A DNA stretch of 64,000 nt, taken from NCBI GenBank assembly GCA_964348135.1, contig CAYGBL010000010.1, positions 5,656 to 69,655 on the forward strand. Direction: 5' to 3'. Position 1 is the stretch's first letter; every line of letters begins with the position of its first letter. The stretch comes from an uncultured Actinomycetota bacterium. Lineage in GTDB: Bacteria; Actinomycetota; Aquicultoria; JACQXZ01; CAYGBL01. The translations under genes were made by a program, and so were the position numbers. Positions 18,176-26,103 of this stretch are shown here, piece after piece. The notes below the pieces were generated by a model. That model saw nothing but the letters and a program-made list of their open reading frames with translations. It searched no databases and was not told where the DNA came from.

Positions 18176-19399
18176 CTAATGATCTTCCTCCATCCCAATC
18201 ATCTGCACTTTTATTTTTTCTCCAGCTCTGATCAGAGTTGCCTCCTTAGGAACTAGCGCAAGACCGTTCGCCAGGATCATAGATTTCAAGATTCCCGAAC
18301 CCTGCGGCCCGGTTGCTTTGGTAAAGAAATTGCCGTCCTTTTGAAAAACGTGTACCCTCACCAGATGAAGTCTACCCGGTTTCTTCTTGATATCTTCCAC
18401 CAGAGTAGCTTCAACCTCTGGCCGGAAAAGGTAGCTCTTTCCCATCATCTTTAAAATTGATGGTCTCACAAACTGCTCGAAGGAAACCATCACTGCAACC
18501 GGATTACCTGGTAGCCCGAAAAGTGGTTTGCCTTGGATAAAGCCAAAAGCAAGGGGCTTACCCGGTTTCATAGCTACTTTCCAAAAATTCATCTCTCCAA
18601 CTTCAGTCAACACATCTTTGACCATATCGTAGTCCCCTACGGAAACACCGCCCGATGTAACAAAAATATCTATTTTGGAAACGTTTTCTAGTATCTTTTT
18701 CTTGAGTTCTTCCCGTTTATCCCTTACTATACCCAGAGACACAGGGGTGCTCTTACATTCCTTTACCAAAGCAACCAGGGAATAGCTGTTACTATCTCTG
18801 ATTTTCCCCGGGCCAACCTCCTCCTTGATATCGACCAGCTCATCACCGGTAGCGATTATACCGACTCTTGGCTTCCGCCTTACCTTCACACTGGGCTTTC
18901 CTAAACTGGCCAACATGCCAAATTCTGCTGCCCCAATACCTGAACCAGCTTTGATGACAAGTTCTCCCTCTTTTACATCCTCGCCAGCTTCGCGAATATT
19001 GTCCCCGGGGCGCGCTTCTTTAAATATATAGACTTTTCTCTCTTTTAATGAGGTATCTTCCACCGGCACTACAGCATCCGCATTTTTAGGAAGGGGTGCA
19101 CCAGTCATAATCTTTATGGTTGAACCAGGAGTTACGGCCTTAGTAGAAACATAGCCGGCAGGCAAATCTTCCATCACTTCAAGGATGGCAGGATTATCTT
19201 TGCTTGCTCCTTTAGTATCCTGGGATTGTAAAGCGAACCCATCCATTGCTGAATTATTAAATGGGGGAATGTCTGCATCAGAATAGACATCCTCTGCCAG
19301 AACCATCCCTAAAGAATCCAGGAGGGAAACGCTAATAACGTCAAGCGGTTTTATGGAATCAAGTATTCTTTTTCTTGCTTCCTCAAGATCAATCATCAA
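18176..19399 (-). CDS. moeA: molybdopterin molybdenumtransferase
   Basis: Typical MoeA sequence (NSAMDGFA, TGAPLP, SGGVSVGDYD, GLPGNPVA). Confidence 0.93.
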   Translation of the reverse strand: MMIDLEEARKRILDSIKPLDVISVSLLDSLGMVLAEDVYSDADIPPFNNSAMDGFALQSQDTKGASKDNPAILEVMEDLPAGYVSTKAVTPGSTIKIMTGAPLPKNADAVVPVEDTSLKERKVYIFKEARPGDNIREAGEDVKEGELVIKAGSGIGAAEFGMLASLGKPSVKVRRKPRVGIIATGDELVDIKEEVGPGKIRDSNSYSLVALVKECKSTPVSLGIVRDKREELKKKILENVSKIDIFVTSGGVSVGDYDMVKDVLTEVGEMNFWKVAMKPGKPLAFGFIQGKPLFGLPGNPVAVMVSFEQFVRPSILKMMGKSYLFRPEVEATLVEDIKKKPGRLHLVRVHVFQKDGNFFTKATGPQGSGILKSMILANGLALVPKEATLIRAGEKIKVQMIGMEEDH

Positions 19400-19469
19400 A
19401 TTCTCCTTACTCTTTAATAGTTACTTTCCCAGGTTATCGCCTTGCATCATAGCTTCTTTATGGCCAAAG

Positions 19470-19565
19470 CGTTCACCGTTCTCCGTTCAACGATTACTTC
19501 TCCTCACTCCTCACGCTTCACTTTCCACTTTTCACCCTTGACCCTTGTCACATAACTCATAACTC
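19470..19565 (-). repeat. phased, drifting 7-nt tandem array filling the tupC to moeA spacer
   Basis: Fourteen consecutive in-register units: cgttcac cgttctc cgttcaa cgattac ttctcct cactcct cacgctt cactttc cactttt caccctt gaccctt gtcacat aactcat aactctc. Confidence 0.85.
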
Positions 19566-20636
19566 TCACTTCCTAATCGCATGCACTGCTGAGGCTTTAA
19601 AAGCTGCTTTTACCACACTTCCAATCTTAAGATCCAGCTCTTCCTTTGACTGTTTAGTTATGTAAGAAACTAAAGGGAATCCGCAATCAAGGTCAACTTT
19701 AGTTAGAGCTCCCATATTTAGTAATCTAATGACTTTAGCCAGAAAATGATTACGCGCACTGGTATGATATTCCTCATCAGCTTCTTCTATTAAAACTTCT
19801 TCTGGCCTTATGCACACCAGTACTTTTTCGTTCTCCTTATATTCTCCTACTACTTCAACCTCATTTCCATACACTGCAATTCTTGTTAACCCACCCTGAC
19901 ACATCATCACTTCTCCTGGAAGTATCGTTTCTACACCTACAAAATTTGCCACCATCTCGCTCGCTGGATAGTTAAATACCTCAAAAGGAGAACCCTTTTG
20001 AAGAATTCTACCGTTATCCATTACCACAATACGATCTGCTACTATTAGTGCTTCCGTACGGTCATGAGTAACATATACAGTAGTCAGCCCCATCTTTTTT
20101 ATGAGCATAATCAGGTCTTCCCTAATGCTTTCTCTGGTAGGCGGATCGAGGAAAGTGAAAGGCTCATCCAGAAAAAGCACCTCCGGTTTGACAACTATGG
20201 CACGTGCTAAAGAGACTCTTTGAGCTTCACCCCCTGAAAGCTGCCAGGCAGGTTTAGCCGAAAGGTGTCCTATCTTCATTTGTTCAAGGATTGTACTTGC
20301 TCTCTCCTTAATTTCCTTTTCGGGAACTTTTCTTACTCTTAGACCATAGGCAACATTAGCAAAGACACTCTGATTAAAGAGCAAGGGGTCTTGAAAAACC
20401 ATTGCCATTTTCCGTCGCTCTGATAGCTCACTCCGTGAATCTCCAATTCTCCTACCTTCAAGATATATCTCTCCTCTATCCGGGCTTTCCAGTAGATTAA
20501 TAACTCTGAGCAGCGTGCTCTTCCCTGCTCCATTGGGCCCGATGATAGCTAGGATTTCTCCCGGCTCAACAATGAGCCGGTTTATATCCAGAACTCTTCT
20601 TTCCCCATAATGATGAAGGAGATTCTTTATCTCCAG
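19566..20636 (-). CDS. tupC: tungstate/molybdate-type ABC transporter ATPase with a C-terminal TOBE-like domain; non-canonical start
   Basis: The track ORF (from 20408) starts after the Walker A motif. The same frame stays open upstream and encodes LEIKNLLHHYGERRVLDINRLIVEPGEILAIIGPNGAGKSTLLRV... with no ATG, GTG or TTG. The likely start is CTG at 20636, or at 20651. Confidence 0.8.
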   Translation of the reverse strand: MEIKNLLHHYGERRVLDINRLIVEPGEILAIIGPNGAGKSTLLRVINLLESPDRGEIYLEGRRIGDSRSELSERRKMAMVFQDPLLFNQSVFANVAYGLRVRKVPEKEIKERASTILEQMKIGHLSAKPAWQLSGGEAQRVSLARAIVVKPEVLFLDEPFTFLDPPTRESIREDLIMLIKKMGLTTVYVTHDRTEALIVADRIVVMDNGRILQKGSPFEVFNYPASEMVANFVGVETILPGEVMMCQGGLTRIAVYGNEVEVVGEYKENEKVLVCIRPEEVLIEEADEEYHTSARNHFLAKVIRLLNMGALTKVDLDCGFPLVSYITKQSKEELDLKIGSVVKAAFKASAVHAIRK

Positions 20637-21346
20637 CCGCGGATATGCCAGGGTATCGCACCTCTCTGCTGACTCTGAGTCAAAACTAGATTAACCACAA
20701 AAGCCAGAACCAAAAGAATAAATCCTAAGGCAATGGCCATTTCAAATCGACCTATTCTCGTTTCCAGAACGGTTGCCGTAGTAAGAACACGCGTCTGCCC
20801 TTTAATGTTCCCCCCTACCATCATGACAGCCCCTACCTCAGAGATAACTCCCCCAAAACCTGCCATAATTGCTGCAAGCGTAGGGAGCTTTGCCTCTTTG
20901 AGTAAAGTCCAGACCATCTGCAAACGAGAAGCACCCAGGGAAAGGGCCTGCTGTCCGAGTCGCGGATCGAGCTGCTGAACAGCCGATAAAGTAAGTCCGG
21001 CTACAATAGGTTCTGCAATTATTACTTGAGCTATAATCATAGCTGCGGGAGTATAGAGCAGTTCCAAGAACCCTAAAGGTCCACTCCTCCAGAGGAATAG
21101 GGAGACAAAAAGACCGACTACAACCGGCGGCAGTCCCATAGCTGTATTGGTAAGTGCAATCAGGAAACGCCGCCCAGGAAAACGGGAAAGGGCAAGAAAT
21201 ATCCCCCAGGGAATTCCCAGAAGCAAAGAGATAAAAACTGCGCTTCCCGAAACCTTAAGAGAAAGCCAGGCTATTTCGTATACTTCGGGTTCTCCTCTCA
21301 AGATGAGCAGAACCGCCTGTTTAAGTCCTTGATATAAGAGCTCCAT
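20627..21346 (-). CDS. tupB: tungstate/molybdate-type ABC transporter permease
   Basis: Polytopic BPD-transport type permease located between the binding protein and the ATPase. Confidence 0.85.
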   Translation of the reverse strand: MELLYQGLKQAVLLILRGEPEVYEIAWLSLKVSGSAVFISLLLGIPWGIFLALSRFPGRRFLIALTNTAMGLPPVVVGLFVSLFLWRSGPLGFLELLYTPAAMIIAQVIIAEPIVAGLTLSAVQQLDPRLGQQALSLGASRLQMVWTLLKEAKLPTLAAIMAGFGGVISEVGAVMMVGGNIKGQTRVLTTATVLETRIGRFEMAIALGFILLVLAFVVNLVLTQSQQRGAIPWHIRGWR

Positions 21347-21365
21347 ATAAACCTCGTTATCGGCT

Positions 21366-21421
21366 ATTCGTTATTCGTTATTCGGAATTAGCAATTCGTA
21401 ATTAGTAATTCGTTCTTAGCT
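21366..21421 (-). repeat. phased 7-nt array, family C (tupA to tupB spacer)
   Basis: Units: attcgtt attcgtt attcgga attagca attcgta attagta attcgtt cttagct. Positions 21373-21412 are the exact reverse complement of 37289-37328 (40/40). Confidence 0.9.
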
Positions 21422-21445
21422 GACCTTTTCCTAATTTCTAGTTTC

Positions 21446-22315
21446 CTAATTCCCCTTCTTTGCATCCGGCACAAATAAAGGTTCACCGTGCTTGTCAATT
21501 CCAAATTCCCCTATCATCTCCTGAATCCTCGGTGAAGTCAGAAATTCTATAAAGGCTTCGGCACCCTTCGAGTTAATTTTTGGATACTTTTCTGGATTTA
21601 CTGCAATAACCGCATAGGGATTAAGGAGAAGGGAGTCCTTTTCCGCCAGAACTACTAATTCGATACGCTGGGAGGCAAGGAAAGTACCCCTATCTGCCAA
21701 TGTGTATCCTCTTTTTTCATTTGCTATCTTGACAGTCTCACCCATACCCTGTCCTGACTCAATATACCAGCTCCCACTGGGATTTATCTGAACACTCTCC
21801 CAAATCAGTTTCTCTTTTTTATGGGTTCCTGAATCATCACCTCTGGATATGAAGGTCGCTCCAGATGAGGCAATCTTTCTGAAGGCATCTCCAGCAGTAC
21901 TTCCTTTAATCTTTGCTGGATCATCTACTGGTCCAATTATAACAAAATCATTGTGCATAACCGGAATTCTCTTTACGCCAAAACCCTTTGCTACCAGTCC
22001 CTCCTCTGCCCTCTTAGAATGAACTAAAAGAATGTCTGCGTCACCACGCTCGCCCATTTTTAGCGCTTCACCCGTGCCAACAGCCACAACTTTTACCTGA
22101 GCTCCATTCTCTTTTTCAAAAATAGGTACGAGTTCATCAAGTAAACCGGTATCCTGCGTACTGGTTGTAGTCGCAAGCACCAGTCTTCCCACAGTTTCAC
22201 TCTTCTCTGCAGACTTACGTTCAGATTCTTTAGCAGCCTTCTGCTGACAACCGAAAGCAACCAACATTAGAATCGCTATTAAAACAACTACGAATTGCCT
22301 ATTGCTCACTTCCAT
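21446..22315 (-). CDS. tupA: tungstate ABC transporter substrate-binding lipoprotein (TupA-like)
   Basis: Lipobox VAFGC. The LVLATTTSTQDTGLLD (TTTS) motif is typical of the TupA family. Confidence 0.8.
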   Translation of the reverse strand: MEVSNRQFVVVLIAILMLVAFGCQQKAAKESERKSAEKSETVGRLVLATTTSTQDTGLLDELVPIFEKENGAQVKVVAVGTGEALKMGERGDADILLVHSKRAEEGLVAKGFGVKRIPVMHNDFVIIGPVDDPAKIKGSTAGDAFRKIASSGATFISRGDDSGTHKKEKLIWESVQINPSGSWYIESGQGMGETVKIANEKRGYTLADRGTFLASQRIELVVLAEKDSLLLNPYAVIAVNPEKYPKINSKGAEAFIEFLTSPRIQEMIGEFGIDKHGEPLFVPDAKKGN

Positions 22316-22367
22316 CTCCCTTCAAGTTATATCCGTTTTCCATTTCCGAGTAATAATATAAAAGTAA

Positions 22368-22393
22368 ACCCGCCTCCTGAAAGGTGGACGGGT
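22368..22393 (-). terminator. riboswitch expression-platform hairpin followed by a U-rich tract
   Basis: The minus strand reads ACCCGUCCACCUUUCAGGAGGCGGGU followed by UUACUUUUAU. It lies between the aptamer and the tupA start. Confidence 0.55.
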
Positions 22394-22428
22394 ATCCAAA
22401 AATATAATTCCTCTTTAGAATACACGTT

Positions 22429-22528
22429 CTCCTTTCCAAATACGGGAGGCACAATGGTTTCCCTTTGTACCCTATCGGCCATTCTCCTTACCCCGCCGAC
22501 GACGGAGTTTAGGAGACCTGGCTCGGAG
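22429..22528 (-). promoter_or_regulatory. Moco (molybdenum/tungsten cofactor) riboswitch aptamer upstream of tupA
   Basis: The minus strand reads CUCCGAGCC...GGCCGAUAGGG...GUGCCUCCCGUAUUUGGAAAGGAG. The 3' block matches the conserved GCCUCCCGUAUCUGGAAAGG of the E. coli moaA Moco motif as I recall it. A paralogous copy lies at 23501-23600. Confidence 0.8.
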
Positions 22529-22535
22529 AATCTAT

Positions 22536-22700
22536 CAGAAATCCAAATCCAAAACGAAAAAATCAAAATTACAAATCAAAATGAGAAACTTGTCACGAAA
22601 ATTCCTTGTCGTTAGCCCCAACAATTTAGTTCAAAATCCTAACACCATTTTGGATCTTCAATTGTCATTTTACATTTTGAACTTTGCAGTTTGAATTTAT
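22536..22700 (-). repeat. A/T-rich family A element flush with the stop of the MobB-like gene
   Basis: It shares gaaatccaaa and aatcaaaatga with 60018-60040. Positions 22648-22693 match 60071-60116 at 37 of 46 positions by manual alignment. Confidence 0.75.
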
Positions 22701-23432
22701 TTAAAAACAGCCAAGCTCACATTGAAAAATCTTAACCTTAAGTTCATCAGCTGCCTTGCCTACCATGTGATAAGGAACTGCCAGTTCTTCAGCTATCTTT
22801 CTTGCATTATGGCAAGATATTTTTCCTTCTCTGGACATTTCTCTTACCACCTGCTGTATTCTTTCCTCCATATCCTCCCTCCAAACATTTCTTAAATCTT
22901 CAAGCAACAATTTAAAATCCTCACCTCCTGCTTTATTAGGGTCAAAAGTTAGCATTCTTGCACCAGCGTTGATATTAAAAATTTTCGTCCTGATATCCTT
23001 ATTCTTACTATATTCAATAATTACGTTTGCCCTGGCCATAGCTTCAATCGCCGAAGGTTTAACTCTGTCCCAGCAGGAATTCATAATAAAAACGGCAAAA
23101 GCTGGCTTCAAATAGTTGAGAACACTATTTCCCTCAATAATTACATTTGATCCTGGAGGCAAGAGCGACAACGCTTTCTTCAAATCAAGTTCCAGCTGCC
23201 CTCCGTTGGTACATACCCAGAACACTGGATTTGCTCCTGCTTTCAAAAACTTTGAAGTATCGGTTCCATGCTTATCAAGAATCTCAGGGTCCGTTATTAC
23301 CCCGGTTCCGTTACCCGGGTAGTGGAGCGAATACTTTAAAGCTGCAAGACCTTTAATTCTTTTGATGATAGATACAGCCAGATTTGTCTTTCCCACATCT
23401 TTACATGCACCTGATATCGTCACAATTTTCAA
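22701..23432 (-). CDS. MobB-like P-loop protein with a C-terminal Cys-containing HTH-like domain
   Basis: P-loop ACKDVGKT near the N-terminus. The C-terminal ~55 aa reads ISCHNARKIAEELAVPYHMVGKAADELKVKIFQCELGCF. TTG start at 23432 with AAGGAG 10 nt upstream. It is preceded by its own Moco riboswitch. Confidence 0.6.
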   Translation of the reverse strand: MKIVTISGACKDVGKTNLAVSIIKRIKGLAALKYSLHYPGNGTGVITDPEILDKHGTDTSKFLKAGANPVFWVCTNGGQLELDLKKALSLLPPGSNVIIEGNSVLNYLKPAFAVFIMNSCWDRVKPSAIEAMARANVIIEYSKNKDIRTKIFNINAGARMLTFDPNKAGGEDFKLLLEDLRNVWREDMEERIQQVVREMSREGKISCHNARKIAEELAVPYHMVGKAADELKVKIFQCELGCF

Positions 23433-23452
23433 TATTTTTCCACTCCTTGGAC

Positions 23453-23483
23453 AAAAAAATCCTCTCCCCGCAATTGGAGAGAG
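23453..23483 (-). terminator. riboswitch expression-platform terminator
   Basis: The minus strand reads CCUCUCUCCAAUUGCGGGGAGAGG followed by AUUUUUUUG. Confidence 0.7.
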
Positions 23484-23500
23484 GTTTACACCCTGTTTTT

Positions 23501-23600
23501 CTCCTTTCCAAATGCGGGAGGCGTAGACGTTTCCCTCTACACCCTATCGGCCATTTCCCTTACCCTGCTGTCAGCGTGGCTTAGGGAAAAAGGCTCGGAG
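23501..23600 (-). promoter_or_regulatory. Moco riboswitch aptamer, second copy, upstream of the MobB-like gene
   Basis: The minus strand reads CUCCGAGCCUUUUUCCCUAAGCC...GGCCGAUAGGGUGUAGAGGGAAACGUCUACGCCUCCCGCAUUUGGAAAGGAG, colinear with 22429-22528. Confidence 0.8.
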
Positions 23601-23910
23601 ACGTATAAGATTGTAACATTAATTACAATTCGACGTTACTTTTAATTCTCCTTCTTTATATAATAAATATTTTTAGATTTGAATCATAGCCCAATTCTAT
23701 GGGTTATTGCTCTTTTCAGCAATTCCGTATTGAGTTCTATGGCATTATAACTATTTTTTATATAATTTGTAACTCAAAATCTGAGAGCCTCTAAGTTGCA
23801 TTTAAAGAAATTGTGAAGGAAAAACGGAATTAAAGTGAATTTATCCACCTTCACATAAACCAACTAATACATGTGAATTAATATGGATAAGATGGATATG
23901 AAGTGGAGCC

Positions 23911-24489
23911 CTATTTAACCAGTGATTGGGCGTAAGAGAGGTCGCTTAAGGTATTTACATTGAAAAAAAGCATATGGGTATCTCCAAAGCGGCTGGTTTC
24001 CTCTCTGGTTACTTCCCGCACTTTTATGTTCCCAAAGAGCGAATTGATTTTCAGATCGTTACTTCCAAGCTGTTTTTCGATAGTCTTAAGACAGCTCTTG
24101 TTGTAGAAAGCATGGAGGGATTCATAGTAGCTGTTGAGTTTAGGTACAACTGCATCGAAACCATTGCACTGTTCTTTCATGTATTTTATCAAATCACTGT
24201 TAAGGAAAGGCATATCGCATCCAACCACAAAATTCCATTTGCTCTCAGCTGCAAGAAGCCCGGAATATATTGCTACAAGAGGACCCTTTCCTGGTTGCAC
24301 ATCTTTAACTATTCTGAGTCCGAAAGAGCGGTAAGCCTCTGCTGAACTGGTTACGATTAAAATAGAATCAAACAGGGGAGTTAGAAGAGAAATTGTGTTT
24401 TCGATAATGCTGCTCTCCCCTATTTTCAGCAGAGCCTTATTAGTCCCAATTCGAGTATTTTTACCTCCGGCTAAAATGATTCCCGTCAT
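23911..24489 (-). CDS. mobA: molybdenum cofactor guanylyltransferase
   Basis: MTGIILAGGKNTRIG..NKALL plus the downstream VGCDMPF motif. The track start at 24501 is a TTG 4 codons upstream. Confidence 0.88.
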   Translation of the reverse strand: MTGIILAGGKNTRIGTNKALLKIGESSIIENTISLLTPLFDSILIVTSSAEAYRSFGLRIVKDVQPGKGPLVAIYSGLLAAESKWNFVVGCDMPFLNSDLIKYMKEQCNGFDAVVPKLNSYYESLHAFYNKSCLKTIEKQLGSNDLKINSLFGNIKVREVTREETSRFGDTHMLFFNVNTLSDLSYAQSLVK

Positions 24490-24561
24490 TTTCACTTCCA
24501 AATATTTTTACCTAGAACATTCCTAAAATAACTCTAAATAACAAATTGTCTTATTCCAGTA

Positions 24562-24804
24562 TTAGCGGCTGATGAGCGGATGTACACCGGTTACTACCAC
24601 TTTCTTTTCCCGAAGAAGAGAAGATAAGTAGTCCCTTAAAGAGAAATCAAACTTGATTGCTATTCCACAATCAGAGCTTAGATGACGGGGAACAGGGATA
24701 AGCATTATCTTAAATCCATGTTCTCGCAGAACCTTCTCGGCTTTTAATGCATGATGGGTTGAGCCAAATAGTATCACTCCATCGCGAGCACCCAAATTCA
24801 CCAT
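24562..24804 (-). CDS. DUF3343 (putative Se/S carrier-like) small protein
   Basis: An 80-aa protein with the pattern FGSTHHALKAEKVL...IPVPRHLSSDCGIAI that I recognise as DUF3343. Confidence 0.7.
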   Translation of the reverse strand: MVNLGARDGVILFGSTHHALKAEKVLREHGFKIMLIPVPRHLSSDCGIAIKFDFSLRDYLSSLLREKKVVVTGVHPLISR

Positions 24805-25718
24805 TATGCTTCCCCACCGCGCTTACTTTCTACCCTTGTCTTTAAGAACTCTAAAAAAAGTTCAGTTAACCGGTTAAAGGGTCTACCTCGCCTGACTGTT
24901 ATATAAAGGTTGCGCTCAATTGGCATATCCTCGATCTTGACTACTCTTACTGTACCTAATTCTATCGCCTTCTCTGCTGCCCATCGGGAAATAATGGAAG
25001 CTCCTAATCCAGCTTCAACCGCCGTAATTACCGCCTCATTGCTGCCTAATTCCATTACTACACTGAAATCAATCAGCTTTATGCCTTTTTTAGATAACTC
25101 TTTTTCCACTACCATACGGGTACCTGAACCTTCTTCCCGGACGACTAATTTCTCACCAATGATTTCCTTCAAAGATACTTTGCCTTCTTGATAATGCTCA
25201 TAATTAGCAGGGACAATAAATATGAGTTCATCCTTTAAAAAGGGGCTAAATTCCAAGCGCTTGTCCTCAATAGCTGCTCCTACTACTCCAATGTCAAATT
25301 CTCCGTTTATTACTCTCTCAACAGTCTCTTCAGTGTCTGCTATCTCCAAAGAAAGTACTGCCTCCGGATATTTCTTTTTAAAAGCACCGAACATTTTTGG
25401 AAGTACATACTCACCGGGAATGGTGCTTGCTCCAATAGTTAAGCTCCCTTTTGGTGATTCTTGAAATTCTTCAATCTGGCTCTCCAGAGACTTAACCTCC
25501 GATATTATTTTTCTAGATGATTTATATACTAATTCCCCCGCCTCTGTCAGTCTTACTCTTTTGCCCGAACGGTCTATCAGTTGAACACCCAGAGATTCTT
25601 CGAGGGATTGAATCTGAAAAGTTATTGCAGGCTGTGAGATCTTAAGCCTTTTTGCACTTGCGGAGAAACTCCCTGTCTCGACAACTGTTACGAAACTATA
25701 TAACTGCGCAATCTTCAT
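24804..25718 (-). CDS. LysR family transcriptional regulator
   Basis: N-terminal wHTH (FSASAKRLKISQPAITFQIQSLEE) plus a LysR substrate-binding domain. It is divergent from the 26104 operon. Confidence 0.92.
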   Translation of the reverse strand: MKIAQLYSFVTVVETGSFSASAKRLKISQPAITFQIQSLEESLGVQLIDRSGKRVRLTEAGELVYKSSRKIISEVKSLESQIEEFQESPKGSLTIGASTIPGEYVLPKMFGAFKKKYPEAVLSLEIADTEETVERVINGEFDIGVVGAAIEDKRLEFSPFLKDELIFIVPANYEHYQEGKVSLKEIIGEKLVVREEGSGTRMVVEKELSKKGIKLIDFSVVMELGSNEAVITAVEAGLGASIISRWAAEKAIELGTVRVVKIEDMPIERNLYITVRRGRPFNRLTELFLEFLKTRVESKRGGEA

Positions 25719-26017
25719 ATAGTAACTCTTCCCTTATTTATAATAATAGAACTAACAGTGCCAACCCTTAAAACACATTTAATGGACTGAATGAGCGTAC
25801 GATATATTTTTGGCTGTAAATGTCTTCCCTCAATATACTGACTGATTGATAATACTCATAATAACACTAAAACTTTAGAAATAGAATTGAACTTTGTTAT
25901 CAATTGTTTTTATACATCAAAGAGTCATTAAGCTGCAAATTTGTCTTACATCAGCTCATGTCACCACGGATAGTAATTTCCATATAATGCCATCTACAAA
26001 TTTTTCGCACAGCCCCC

Positions 26018-26046
26018 TTGCCTAAACGTGAAAATTCCTGTATATT
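26018..26046 (+). promoter_or_regulatory. candidate sigma70-type promoter for the 26104 operon
   Basis: TTGCCT, a 17-nt spacer, then TATATT, about 55 nt upstream of the ATG. Confidence 0.4.
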
Positions 26047-26103
26047 AATTATTACATTTTTACATAATAAGTATTAATATTGTTTATGTTTAAGGAGGGA
26101 ACT

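Noticed and set aside
20339-20533. A 64-aa ORF overlapping the tupC 5' region
   Set aside because: It lies in a different frame from the conserved ABC ATPase N-terminus, which includes Walker A. The real explanation is a non-canonical tupC start.
22295-22615. ORFs of 106 aa and 79 aa upstream of tupA
   Set aside because: They overlap the Moco riboswitch aptamer and its terminator. The paralogous RNA element at 23501-23600 explains the conservation better than coding does.
25719-26103. LysR-box call (ATTGATAA ... TTATCAAT inverted words near 25848 and 25896)
   Set aside because: The half-sites are about 40 nt apart, unlike the T-N11-A LysR architecture. They are not reported as a feature.
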